In this document: one piece after another, positions 8,360 through 17,487 of the stretch
Layout of the letters: each line of letters begins with the position of its first letter
Position numbering within the stretch: the first letter of the stretch is position 1
Assembly: GCA_964599615.1 (NCBI GenBank)
Contig: CAZRGF010000005.1
Span: 6,829-70,828 of the forward strand
Source of the DNA: Candidatus Woesearchaeota archaeon
Lineage (GTDB): Archaea; Nanobdellota; Nanobdellia; Pacearchaeales; UBA284
Direction of reading: 5' to 3'
DNA: 64,000 nt
Position numbers and translations under genes: made by a program
The notes under the pieces: generated by a model
Database searches by the model: none
Told to the model about the DNA's origin: nothing
What the model saw: the letters and a program-made list of their open reading frames with translations, nothing else

Positions 8360-8804
8360 AATGGTAAGAAATCCTTATGCTAATTTAATCAAGAATGAAA
8401 CAAACATTTTTGGTTCTAATAGAAAAGAAAGAAAAGCCGTTGGTTCAGTTAAAAAAAGAGATATTCTTTTGAGGCAGAAAGCAAAGTGCTATAGCTGTAG
8501 AAAGCTTATCTCTGTTGGTGTAAAGCCCCACATTCATCATAGAGATGGAAACCCAAGTAACAATAGCGATAAAAATTTAATAATGCTATGTCCTAATTGC
8601 CATTCTAAAGCCCACGAGTATAAAGAAGTGACTAAAAGAAATATGTGGGGCATAGAATACAAAACTAAAAAGTTAGTGGCAAAACCAATTAGGCAAAGAA
8701 AAAAGAAAAGAAAAGTATCTAAAAAGAAGAATCCGAAAAGAACTCCTCTGGCTTTCGGTTTTATGGATATGTCAAATAATTTTCAACCGCCTAGACTTCA
8801 ATAG
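8343..8804 (+). CDS. HNH endonuclease
   Basis: CYSC...HIHHRDGNPSNNSDKNLIMLCPNCHSKAH, then a lysine-rich tail. Confidence 0.8.
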   Translation: MARHTKMVRNPYANLIKNETNIFGSNRKERKAVGSVKKRDILLRQKAKCYSCRKLISVGVKPHIHHRDGNPSNNSDKNLIMLCPNCHSKAHEYKEVTKRNMWGIEYKTKKLVAKPIRQRKKKRKVSKKKNPKRTPLAFGFMDMSNNFQPPRLQ

Positions 8805-8898
8805 ACATCTCTTACCCATAAAATGGGCAGAATCTCCTATAATCCTTAAATAGTTCTTGAGCCTCTTTCTCTTAATTAAACTTATAGGATTAAAAAAA

Positions 8899-9057
8899 AT
8901 GGCTGAACAAGAACAAATAAAAATTGATTTGAACAATCCAGAAGCAACAAATCACTTTATAGAAAAGGAAATCCTTACTGGAAAAAAAATTCTTCGTAAA
9001 ATCGGCGGTGCTGGAGAAAATATTTACAGCTCGGCAGTTGGCGAACTTAATTTCTGA
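8899..9057 (+). CDS. hypothetical small protein
   Basis: Internal ATG of track ORF 8857-9057 (MAEQEQIKIDLNNPEATNHF...). Confidence 0.35.
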   Translation: MAEQEQIKIDLNNPEATNHFIEKEILTGKKILRKIGGAGENIYSSAVGELNF

Positions 9058-9111
9058 AGAATTTTAACAGTTTATAATTATGCTTTTTGCTACTATGATC
9101 CAATGATGAAG

Positions 9112-9146
9112 GGCGAGGTGTTGCATCCTCGCCTTTTGTTCCTTTT
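9112..9146 (+). terminator. stem-loop plus T-run
   Basis: GGCGAGG (9112-9118) - tgttgcat - CCTCGCC (9127-9133), followed by TTTTGTTCCTTTTT. Confidence 0.55.
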
Positions 9147-9186
9147 TCTAAAAGATAAATAGTCTAAACGGGAAAAGTATACTTGT

Positions 9187-9200
9187 TCCCGCCCCCGCTA
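9187..9200. repeat. attR core (TCCCGCCCCCGCTA)
   Basis: Exact copy of the tRNA-Met 3' end at 1416-1429, with no tRNA body upstream of it. Confidence 0.8.
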
Positions 9201-9281
9201 CTTCTACTTTCTTTAAAGTATTTACTCGAAGGTGATTTTCTTTAGACGTTAAAATTAAAAAGGTCTGAATTTTACGACTAG

Positions 9282-9746
9282 ATGGCAGAAGAAGTAGTTA
9301 AAGTGAGAGATTCTACTCATTCATCATTGATTGCAGGTCTTGTTGGCAGAATTATTAAACTTGCTGAAGAAAGTGGGTTTCATGGTGAAAACGATCCAGA
9401 TTTATCTTTAAACCCGATTCCTGGGAAGAGAATAGTTAATGTATACGAAAGAAACCGACCATATGGTACACAATTAACTCAATTTAATACTATAGTTGGA
9501 AGAGAGGATGGTTCTATTGATGTTTACTGTTCTTTTGTTTGTGCAGCTCAATCAAATTCAGATTTTTTTAAGTGTCCAGCACATCATTTACCAAGATATA
9601 AACAAAGAAGAGCTCTTCTTTATAGATTTCAACATAAGGTTCAACAAATGGTGGATGGTTTAAGCCAATTTTATCCTAGGGTTAGATACATCTCTGTGGA
9701 TAATGAGTTTAAAAAACGAGTTGCTTTATATTCCAGAAATTCTTAA
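9282..9746 (+). CDS. hypothetical protein
   Basis: 154-aa ORF of normal composition. No motif recognised. Confidence 0.5.
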   Translation: MAEEVVKVRDSTHSSLIAGLVGRIIKLAEESGFHGENDPDLSLNPIPGKRIVNVYERNRPYGTQLTQFNTIVGREDGSIDVYCSFVCAAQSNSDFFKCPAHHLPRYKQRRALLYRFQHKVQQMVDGLSQFYPRVRYISVDNEFKKRVALYSRNS

Positions 9747-9772
9747 AAAAATTAAAACTATTTCTTATTTCT

Positions 9773-10414
9773 TCAGAATTCTACATTCAAAACATTCTTT
9801 AATTGTTGCCAGAACTTTTGATCTTCAACCATTAATGTGCCGTCTATACTCCTTAATAGACTTAGATTATTATAAAATTCTATTAAAGGCTTAGTTTGAG
9901 AATCATAAATCTGTAATCTTTGTGATATAACTTCTGGTTTTTCATCTTCTCTTTGAATCAACTCTGAAGAACAATGGTCGCATTTTCCTTCTGTTTTAGG
10001 GGGCATTGTCTTTACATTAAAGATTGCTCCGCAACCCTTACAAGTTCTTCTTGAAGTCATCCTATCGATGATTATTTCATCAGAAATATCCAGATTTAAG
10101 ACATGGTCTATCTCAGTTATGTCTTTTAACATTTCAGCTTGTTTGATAGTTCTTGGAACACCATCCAGAATAAACCCGTTTTTGCAATCCCCTAGTTGCA
10201 ATCTGTTTTTTAGCATGTTCATAGTTATTTCGTCTGGAACTAGTTGTCCTTTTTCCATGATTTCTTTTGCGAGTTTTCCCAGTTCTGTTCCATCTGCCAT
10301 CTCTTTTCTGAATAAATCCCCTGTTGAGATGTGTGGTAGAGATAATGCCTTGGCTATCCTGGATGCTCTTGTTCCTTTTCCAGATCCCGGAGGGCCAGAA
10401 ATAATGAGTTTCAT
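9773..10414 (-). CDS. adk: adenylate kinase (long form with zinc-lid)
   Basis: P-loop GPPGSGKGT, ISTGDLFR, DGVPRT, and lid cysteines CKGCG...CDHC. Confidence 0.92.
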   Translation of the reverse strand: MKLIISGPPGSGKGTRASRIAKALSLPHISTGDLFRKEMADGTELGKLAKEIMEKGQLVPDEITMNMLKNRLQLGDCKNGFILDGVPRTIKQAEMLKDITEIDHVLNLDISDEIIIDRMTSRRTCKGCGAIFNVKTMPPKTEGKCDHCSSELIQREDEKPEVISQRLQIYDSQTKPLIEFYNNLSLLRSIDGTLMVEDQKFWQQLKNVLNVEF

Positions 10415-10511
10415 AATACATAAACAAAAGTAGGTTTTTAAATGTTATGGAGTATTACTATTTAGTGATTACAAAAGGGAAGGTTTAAAAAGATATTTTT
10501 CTTTAAAACAT

Positions 10512-10925
10512 ATGGCAAAAACAAAACCCATGGAGCTAAGAACCCAAGGCTTATGGGTAAAACATGGAGTATTTGATTATTTAGTTGATGCTCTTGAAGA
10601 TTGCGTTCTTAACCCAAATAACTTAACTGATTTTAGTGAAAGAGATAGGCTCAAACTTGAACTTTCAAACATCAACGAGAAATTTGAAACAAGAAACATG
10701 GATGCGATGGTCAATATAGGACACTTAATTCGCGGGCCTTTGGAATCTGAAACTATGCAAAAAAGTTATGTTAGTGGTAAACCGGTTTATCGGGATTCTG
10801 AAACAATTGGAAATTTATGGTATATTCGTAGAATGCTAGGTGAATTGCATAATTGGTTTTTAGACAAGTTCGACTCTTTTGACCAAGATACTACTCTGAG
10901 AAATTATCCCCCAGAATTAGTTTAA
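10512..10925 (+). CDS. hypothetical protein
   Basis: 137-aa ORF between the two adk genes. No motif recognised. Confidence 0.5.
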   Translation: MAKTKPMELRTQGLWVKHGVFDYLVDALEDCVLNPNNLTDFSERDRLKLELSNINEKFETRNMDAMVNIGHLIRGPLESETMQKSYVSGKPVYRDSETIGNLWYIRRMLGELHNWFLDKFDSFDQDTTLRNYPPELV

Positions 10926-11567
10926 TCCACCTAAAGCCCCATCTATTTTATCTAGAATTTCAACTTTAAAATTAGGAGAATTCATGTCTTCATCTGCTTT
11001 AATCTCTTTTAGAAGACCTTTCTTCTTGTAATAATCTTCTAATGGTTTTGTTTTTTCAAAATAAACCTTCAGTCTTTCTTTTATGATTTCGGGGATTTCA
11101 TCTGATCTTTGGTACAATTCGCCGCCACACTGGTCACAGATTCCTGGTTTTTTGGGTTTTTTGTTTACTAAATTGAATATTGCGCCACATTTTCTGCAGA
11201 TTCTCCTGTTTGTCAATCTTTGCATAATGACTTTTTCAGAAGCGTAGAAGTTTACAACTAAATCTATTTTTGTAATCTTTTCAAGAGCTTCTGCTTGACT
11301 TATCGTTCTTGGGAAACCATCTAAAAGAAAGTTCTTGGCATCTTTTTGCTTTAATCTTGTCTTCAGAATTTCCATGGTCAATTCATCTGGGACTAATTCG
11401 CCTTTGTCCATGTACGATTTGGCTTTTTTCCCCAGCTCTGTTCCTTTTTTTACAGCTTCTCTGAATAAATCTCCTGTTGAAATGTGCGCAAGATGGTATT
11501 TTTCTTTAATCATGGAAGCATATGTTCCTTTTCCTACACCTGGACTTCCCAATAAAACAATTTTCAT
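10917..11567 (-). CDS. adk: adenylate kinase paralog (long form with zinc-lid)
   Basis: GSPGVGKGT, ISTGDLFR, DGFPRT, and lid CRKCG...CDQCG. Confidence 0.92.
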   Translation of the reverse strand: MKIVLLGSPGVGKGTYASMIKEKYHLAHISTGDLFREAVKKGTELGKKAKSYMDKGELVPDELTMEILKTRLKQKDAKNFLLDGFPRTISQAEALEKITKIDLVVNFYASEKVIMQRLTNRRICRKCGAIFNLVNKKPKKPGICDQCGGELYQRSDEIPEIIKERLKVYFEKTKPLEDYYKKKGLLKEIKADEDMNSPNFKVEILDKIDGALGGLN

Positions 11568-11739
11568 TCTATATGTTGTTAAGTGGTTAATTGAATTTAC
11601 TTTTTTTCCGTGTTTCAGGAAATTTTTGAAACCTATTTTTAATTATACTTATAGATGTTGGCTATTTCGGTTTTTAAATATTTACTAGGCTTTTTCACCA
11701 TATGATAGAGATGACTCAAACAGGACTATGCTAAGAGGC

Positions 11740-11843
11740 CTATAATGGTAAAAACTACAATGAAAAGCGTTTTAGCCAGTAGTCGGGTATTTGAGATTAT
11801 GCTTAACCCATACACCTAAAGTTGGAGGACAGTGATTCTAAAG
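11740..11843 (+). repeat. intergenic element family R1, copy A (sense on plus strand)
   Basis: Aligns with the reverse complement of 22611-22727 and 23337-23468. Shared blocks: TATAATGGTAAAAACTAC, ATGAAAAGC, GGTATTTGAGATTATGCT and ACACCTAAAGTTGGAGGA..GATTCTAAAG. Confidence 0.7.
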
Positions 11844-11859
11844 TCGGATTGTCACATCT

Positions 11860-11887
11860 GATGACTTCAAATTCATTTGAAGTCATC
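11860..11887. repeat. perfect 12-bp inverted repeat GATGACTTCAAA-ttca-TTTGAAGTCATC
   Basis: Read directly. Lies between R1 copy A and the SIMPL gene. Confidence 0.6.
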
Positions 11888-11944
11888 GCTTGGTTTATAA
11901 ATCTAAGAAATGTATTGTTTTTAGGAGGTTAATTATTCAATAAA

Positions 11945-12763
11945 ATGAAAATGTACAAAAATACAAAATTTTTGGCACACCAAAAATCTGGAGATTTTCA
12001 GTGTTATAGAAACAAACAAGCTTCAAACGATTCCGTTAAGATAACCTGGATAATCGTTGGCACAATAATTGTTTTAGCTATAGCTGCATTAATTGTTTTC
12101 TTGAGCTTAAGGCCAGGAACAACAATAACTACTAATGGGCAGACTACATTGAAAGCAATTCCAGACTTAGTTACTATTTATTTCAATGTTGAAACCAATG
12201 GATCAAATGCTACAGATGCTAAAGACAAAAATGCAGTGATTGTGGATAATGTAATTACCGGATTGATAAAAACTGGAATCAAGAGAGAAAGCATAACTAC
12301 TGAGAACTTCAATATTTATCCCGAATATGACTGGACAGAAGCTGGGCAAGTGTTCAAGGGATACAAAGCAACACATTCAATAAAAGTTCAGCTAGATTCA
12401 AACAAAATGGATAATGCTGGAGAAGTTGTTGATATTGGTGTGAATAATGGCGCTTTGGTTTCATACATCAATTTTGAATTAAGCCAAGCAAAGCAAAATG
12501 AATTGAAAGCTTTGGCTTTAAATCAAGCAACACAAGATGCAAAAATAAAAGCAGAAAGCATTGCTTCTGGTTTAGGAAAGAGAATAGGTAATGTTGTTTC
12601 AGTTAGTGATTCGAGTTTTGACTATTATCCCTGGCCAATTTACAGGAATGATATAATGTATGCTACCGGAATTGCAGAAGCAAAAGAAGCAATCTCAACA
12701 AACATCAACCCAGGACAGCAAGAAGTCAACGCCAGAGTTTCAGTTACTTACAAGATAATTTAA
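11945..12763 (+). CDS. SIMPL-domain (DUF541) protein with N-terminal membrane anchor
   Basis: TM helix WIIVGTIIVLAIAALIVFLSL. The alternating alpha/beta pattern and the FKGYKATHSIKVQL and INFELS...KALALNQATQDAKIKAESIA blocks are typical of SIMPL. AGGAGG lies 10 nt upstream. Confidence 0.75.
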   Translation: MKMYKNTKFLAHQKSGDFQCYRNKQASNDSVKITWIIVGTIIVLAIAALIVFLSLRPGTTITTNGQTTLKAIPDLVTIYFNVETNGSNATDAKDKNAVIVDNVITGLIKTGIKRESITTENFNIYPEYDWTEAGQVFKGYKATHSIKVQLDSNKMDNAGEVVDIGVNNGALVSYINFELSQAKQNELKALALNQATQDAKIKAESIASGLGKRIGNVVSVSDSSFDYYPWPIYRNDIMYATGIAEAKEAISTNINPGQQEVNARVSVTYKII

Positions 12764-12911
12764 AGTTTTTTTATTTTTTTTATTTTAATCTTTAAAAGCG
12801 AAAGCGCGGATTGTAAATAAAAGGTTTGACTGACCACAGTTATCATTAGGTGTTATTAAAAATATGGGATATCAAGTTCATTTAGAACATGCTTAGAAAA
12901 ATAACAGGACC

Positions 12912-13736
12912 ATGGTAAAAGTAAATTATCACCTGCATTCAACTGGCTCAGATGGGAAACTCTCTCCTAAGCAAGTTGTTGAGCAAGCGATTAAAGCAGG
13001 CATAAAACACCTCTGTTTTACTGATCACTATCCTGAACCAAAAGAAATAAGGAATTGGGGGCAGGAAAAGTTTCATTCTGACAAATATTTTGAGGAAATA
13101 AAGAAATTAAAAGAAAAATATAAAGCCAAAATTGATATATCATTAGGGGCTGAATTTGAATTTGTCGAGAATTTTGGAGAATGGTTTGATAAAGAAATTA
13201 AAAGAAGGGATTATGATTATTTAATTGGGTCTGTTCATCTAACTAAAATAAGCAGAGAGTATGGCTCAATAGACTATACCCCCAAAGCCTGGATTGAATA
13301 TTCTGAAAAAGCAGGGAGCATTAGGAAACTTGTTGAGAATTATTATAAAAGAATAAGATTATTAGTTGAATCTGGATTATTTGACGGGATAGGGCATCTT
13401 GATTTAATTAAGATTTTTAATGAAAATTCAAGATTTTTTTCTGAAACTGAATCTTGGTACAAACAAGAGGTTCTGAGAACTTTAGACTTGATTGAAAAGA
13501 AAAAGATGTGTCTAGAAATAAACACTTCTGGTTGGAGAAAACCTTGCAAAGAGCAATACCCCAGTGTATGGATTCTGAAAGAAGTGAAAAAAAGAAACAT
13601 CCCCATTACTATCGGAACAGATGGGCATCAGAAAGTTGACGAATATCTTGATGAAGGTATTGAATTAGCTAAAAAACTTGGTTTTGAATCTGTTTTAATA
13701 TTTCATAAAAGAAAACCAATTGAGGTTAAACTATGA
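12912..13736 (+). CDS. PHP-domain phosphoesterase (HisJ-family histidinol-phosphatase-like)
   Basis: YHLHSTGSDG, CFTDHYP, GSVH and GTDGH metal-ligand motifs. Confidence 0.8.
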   Translation: MVKVNYHLHSTGSDGKLSPKQVVEQAIKAGIKHLCFTDHYPEPKEIRNWGQEKFHSDKYFEEIKKLKEKYKAKIDISLGAEFEFVENFGEWFDKEIKRRDYDYLIGSVHLTKISREYGSIDYTPKAWIEYSEKAGSIRKLVENYYKRIRLLVESGLFDGIGHLDLIKIFNENSRFFSETESWYKQEVLRTLDLIEKKKMCLEINTSGWRKPCKEQYPSVWILKEVKKRNIPITIGTDGHQKVDEYLDEGIELAKKLGFESVLIFHKRKPIEVKL

Positions 13737-13773
13737 CCTTGTTAGGTTTATTAATAAATAAGTTAAATGGGCT

Positions 13774-14442
13774 TTGCATGAACTTGCAAGTTCACAAACT
13801 GGTGCAAAACATTTACACCAAACATATAATAACATGGTAGAAAAATACATTATGGTTAATCTTGAAGATGAAAAATCACAGAAATTAGGGGAAGCTATTT
13901 CTAATCCTAATTGTAAGAAGATCATAACTCTTTTAGCTGAACAAGAGCTAAGTGCTTCAGAAATTTCTCAAAAATTGAAAATCAAGTTAAGTGCTTTGGA
14001 CTATAGTCTGAAAAAATTAGTTGCATCAGGAATAATTGAGAAAAGCAAGCATTTTTGGAGTGTCAAAGGCAAAAGAATCCCGACTTATCAAGTTGTCAAT
14101 AAGGTAATTGTTATACAGCCTAAGAAAATCTCAAATTCAAATGCTTATTCAAAGTTGAAAGGATTTATTCCAGTTCTCTTTGTTATGATTTTATTGACTT
14201 TGATAATTGCTTTTCAAGCGAATCAGAGCTTTATGCGTTCTGTCAATGATATTAGTGTTGAGAAATCATTGCAATCTCCTGCAGCAGCAGGAACAGATAA
14301 TCTGACTGAAGACATCTCAGCGAGCCTTAGTTTAGAAGGTGAAGGTTCGAATCAACAAGTTTTCCAGCCATGGATGTGGTTTGCTTTTGGGGCTTTGCTT
14401 GTCTTGATAATGGTTCTTACTGTGAACTGGAAGAGACTATAA
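13774..14442 (+). CDS. ArsR-type wHTH protein with C-terminal transmembrane segments
   Basis: LGEAISNPNCKKIITLLAEQELSASEISQKLKIKLSALDYSLKKLVASGIIEK plus two hydrophobic helices. The true start may be the internal ATG at 13834 or 13852. Confidence 0.65.
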   Translation: MHELASSQTGAKHLHQTYNNMVEKYIMVNLEDEKSQKLGEAISNPNCKKIITLLAEQELSASEISQKLKIKLSALDYSLKKLVASGIIEKSKHFWSVKGKRIPTYQVVNKVIVIQPKKISNSNAYSKLKGFIPVLFVMILLTLIIAFQANQSFMRSVNDISVEKSLQSPAAAGTDNLTEDISASLSLEGEGSNQQVFQPWMWFAFGALLVLIMVLTVNWKRL

Positions 14443-14443
14443 A

Positions 14444-14974
14444 ATGAAAAAGAAAGATTTATTTAGTATTAAAATAAAAACTAGAAGATTGCATCTTGTT
14501 CCAATCTCATTAAAATATAAAAAAGATATTTTTCGTGAGTTTACAGATAAAGTTACTTTTTTTATGTTTCCTGCAGCACCCAAGAGAATAGAAGAGACTG
14601 AAGAATTTATTTTAAAATCTATTAAAGAAATGAAAAAGGGACAAAATTTACAGGTAGTTATACTTGATGAACATGAAAAATTTATTGGGGGCGGTGGGTT
14701 GCATCATATTGACAAAAAGACTCCAGAAATTGGGATTTGGTTGAAAAAATCCTCGCATGGAAAGGGTTATGGAAAAGACGTTGTTTTTGCACTAAAAAAA
14801 TGGGCAGACAAGAATCTCGACTATAAGTATTTATTATATCCTGTAGACAAAGACAATATTGCAAGCAGAAAAATTCCTGAATCAATGAACGGGGAAATAT
14901 TTAAGAAATATAACCTGAAGAATAAGAACGGAAAAGTGTTACATCTACTTGAATTTAGGATCTTTAAAAATTAA
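14444..14974 (+). CDS. GNAT-family N-acetyltransferase (RimJ/RimL-like)
   Basis: RRLHLVPISLKY start and an acetyl-CoA region HGKGYGKDVVFALKKWA. Confidence 0.7.
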   Translation: MKKKDLFSIKIKTRRLHLVPISLKYKKDIFREFTDKVTFFMFPAAPKRIEETEEFILKSIKEMKKGQNLQVVILDEHEKFIGGGGLHHIDKKTPEIGIWLKKSSHGKGYGKDVVFALKKWADKNLDYKYLLYPVDKDNIASRKIPESMNGEIFKKYNLKNKNGKVLHLLEFRIFKN

Positions 14975-14980
14975 TAATAG

Positions 14981-15652
14981 TTATTTTGCTTTTTTCTTCA
15001 TCTCTTTGACATAAGCATCAGCTTTTTTCAAGAATTTTTCATCTATTTCCCTTTTTCCATGTCTTATAGCAAGAATATCGTGGATAATATGCTTTTTGTT
15101 ATTTTTCAATAATTTTCCCATCTCTTCATAGCTTGTTGTGAATGGTTTTTTCATCATTTGTAATTCTGCTCTTGTAAGCATGGAGATATTTTTTAAGAAA
15201 TATTGTGAATAAAACCCATATTTTTTGATATATCTTTCTAGTTTTTTGATTTCAAATCTTAATTCTTGTTTTGCTAAAAAAGGTTTAAGTTTTATTTTGT
15301 CTAAATCTAAATTGCCGTAGACTAATTTTCCTCTTTTCAGGATTTTCAACAGCATTTGTGGAGTGAAAAGATTAATTTTGAATACAAACGTCTCTTTCTT
15401 TCCTTTTCCCATCAAATTTTTGTAGGAAATAGTTCTTAATGCAGTCCTAAACTTATGTTTCTTTGTTAATGTGTCTATAAATCTATATTCCTCTTTTTCG
15501 TCCAAAGGTTTTTTAACTACAGCAAAAAAATCAAGATCATTGAATTTTTTGTCTGATGTAGCAGAGCCGACTAGGTAAAGTGCAATCAGATTGCCTTTTA
15601 GCTTTTTTCTGATATCGTCTGATGTTTTTTTGATTAACAAGTCTTTTTTCAT
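14981..15652 (-). CDS. nucleotidyltransferase-domain protein (KNTase/MNT-like) with helical C-terminal domain
   Basis: LYLVGSATSDKKFNDLDFFAVV (G-S ... D-x-D). Confidence 0.6.
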   Translation of the reverse strand: MKKDLLIKKTSDDIRKKLKGNLIALYLVGSATSDKKFNDLDFFAVVKKPLDEKEEYRFIDTLTKKHKFRTALRTISYKNLMGKGKKETFVFKINLFTPQMLLKILKRGKLVYGNLDLDKIKLKPFLAKQELRFEIKKLERYIKKYGFYSQYFLKNISMLTRAELQMMKKPFTTSYEEMGKLLKNNKKHIIHDILAIRHGKREIDEKFLKKADAYVKEMKKKAK

Positions 15653-15686
15653 TTTTAAGAAAGGCAGTTAAGGTTTAAAAATTATA

Positions 15687-16322
15687 ATGTTTTTCTGTTC
15701 TATGGACCAAAAAAGAAAAAAAGCAATTCAACAATTAAAAAAACTGAAAAAGTTGGTTGAACATCGCGATGATGTGAGGCTTGCTGCTGATTGGCCTGAA
15801 AAATGGAAAGTCTTGATTTCTACAATCCTTTCTTCACAAACAAAAGATGAAACAACTATTGCAATTTCTAATACGCTTTATAGGAAATATCCCACATTAA
15901 AACACCTTGCTGGGGCATCGTTAAGGGATATTAAGAAGATAATTCGACCAGTTAATTATTATAAAACCAAGGCAAAGCACATTTTATTAACATCCAAGGT
16001 ATTGGTTAATACTTATGGATGCAAGATTCCTTCTGACAGAGAAAAACTTCTAGAACTTCCAGGAGTAGGAAGAAAAGTTGCTAATGTCTATTTAGCTGTT
16101 CAAGGATATCAGACAATTGGTGTTGATACACATATTACTTTTTTAGCTCAAGAACTTGGATGGACAAAGAATAAAAATCCGCATAAGATTGAGAAAGACC
16201 TTGAAGAATTGTTTCCTAAAAAGTATCGAGGTTCAATTAATTACATTCTCGTGAGATTTGGAAGAATTTTCAATACGAAGAAGAAACAGGTGGGGAAGTT
16301 AACGGAAGAGGGGGTAATCTAG
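15687..16322 (+). CDS. HhH-GPD base-excision DNA glycosylase (endonuclease III-like, no obvious Fe-S Cys cluster)
   Basis: ILSSQTKDE, LLELPGVGRKVANVYL and VDTH motifs. The C-terminus lacks the four Cys of Nth. Confidence 0.8.
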   Translation: MFFCSMDQKRKKAIQQLKKLKKLVEHRDDVRLAADWPEKWKVLISTILSSQTKDETTIAISNTLYRKYPTLKHLAGASLRDIKKIIRPVNYYKTKAKHILLTSKVLVNTYGCKIPSDREKLLELPGVGRKVANVYLAVQGYQTIGVDTHITFLAQELGWTKNKNPHKIEKDLEELFPKKYRGSINYILVRFGRIFNTKKKQVGKLTEEGVI

Positions 16323-16395
16323 GGTTTTATTTTTTTACTAAAAAGTACCATAAAATGGTAAAGTTTATAAAGCCATATCTACTAAATACCATATA

Positions 16396-16884
16396 ATGGT
16401 ACAAATAAATACCTTATTAAAAGAAGGCAAGATAAGCAGAATTGGCGAGTTTGAAATAGGCAGGTACATAAATTTCTTTGAAAATTCTTATCAAGATAAT
16501 CTAGAGCATTGCAAAAAGAATATTGGGGAGTTTCCAAGATGGAGCATAATCTCTGGTTACTACGCTATGCATGATATAACTAAATTACTATTTGTCAAAA
16601 AATTTAGAATAAAAGTTGATTTTGAAGTTCATGCAACAACCATAAAACTTTTGCAAGAGCTTATAAAAAACAAAGAATTGTTCAATCTTATTGAAATAGG
16701 ATATAAGGAATTTTTATCTTTAGCAAATGATTTAACTGAAGCAAAAAAAGACAGGACAAAAGTTCAGTATTATACTGGGACCAAATTTTTGAAAGGGGAG
16801 TATGGAAAAAGAGCAAACCAGTTTTACAGCAAAATAGTCTTGGTGTATATAGAAAAAATAAAAAGACTTTTGGCAGAAAAATGA
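16396..16884 (+). CDS. HEPN-domain protein
   Basis: WSIISGYYAMHDITKLLFVKKF helix typical of HEPN. Putative R-x4-H site reads DRTKVQYY (His replaced). ATGA overlap with the MNT gene. Confidence 0.55.
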   Translation: MVQINTLLKEGKISRIGEFEIGRYINFFENSYQDNLEHCKKNIGEFPRWSIISGYYAMHDITKLLFVKKFRIKVDFEVHATTIKLLQELIKNKELFNLIEIGYKEFLSLANDLTEAKKDRTKVQYYTGTKFLKGEYGKRANQFYSKIVLVYIEKIKRLLAEK

Positions 16885-17438
16885 TTGAGTTATTTGATTT
16901 AAATGTCTTGAAGATATTGACTGTTTTTTCAGTATCTCCTGGTTCCAGATTTACTCGGAAGGCGATAAAAGAAAAGACAAATATGCCCAATGTAGTTTTG
17001 GATAAACATCTTGCAAAACTGCTCAATCTTAAAATTTTGGCCAAGGTGAGAAACTTTCTAATTCTAAATTTCAAAAACAATGAGATAAAACCAATTATAA
17101 ACGCAGTCTCCGAACAATATACTTACTTCAGACAACTCCCCCTAAAAGATTATTTTTTAGTTTTAAATATAAAAGATGAATTGCTTAAAACAAAAAATCT
17201 TTTAAACGTTTATCTTTTCGGCAGTTATGCCAAGCTTATTTTTAAGGAAAATTCAGATATGGATCTAGCGATTATCTCCAAAGAAATAAATAAGAAGGAT
17301 GTTGAAAAAATTATAAGAAAAGTGGAAAAAAGATACAAGAAGAATATAGAAGTTCATTACTTCTCAGATAATTTTTATAACAATAAACGGGACCCTCTTG
17401 TGAAAGAAATTCTGCAGCACGGCATCATGATGATTTGA
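16881..17438 (+). CDS. wHTH plus minimal nucleotidyltransferase (MNT) protein
   Basis: VYLFGSYAKLIFKENSDMDLAIIS (G-S ... D-x-D), with an N-terminal wHTH-like segment. Confidence 0.65.
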   Translation: MIELFDLNVLKILTVFSVSPGSRFTRKAIKEKTNMPNVVLDKHLAKLLNLKILAKVRNFLILNFKNNEIKPIINAVSEQYTYFRQLPLKDYFLVLNIKDELLKTKNLLNVYLFGSYAKLIFKENSDMDLAIISKEINKKDVEKIIRKVEKRYKKNIEVHYFSDNFYNNKRDPLVKEILQHGIMMI

Positions 17439-17487
17439 GTAAGGTTGAGAAATTGAGAGAGGAGCGGATAATTTAAGGTTTATCTCT

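Larger units (their letters stand above)
1416..9200 (+). mobile_element. integrated element (integrative plasmid or provirus-like), ~7.8 kb, inserted in the 3' end of tRNA-Met
   Basis: 14-bp direct repeats at both ends. A tyrosine integrase lies directly next to the tRNA. Cargo consists of replication, recombination and DNA-binding genes, almost all on one strand with overlapping stop/start codons. Confidence 0.8.
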
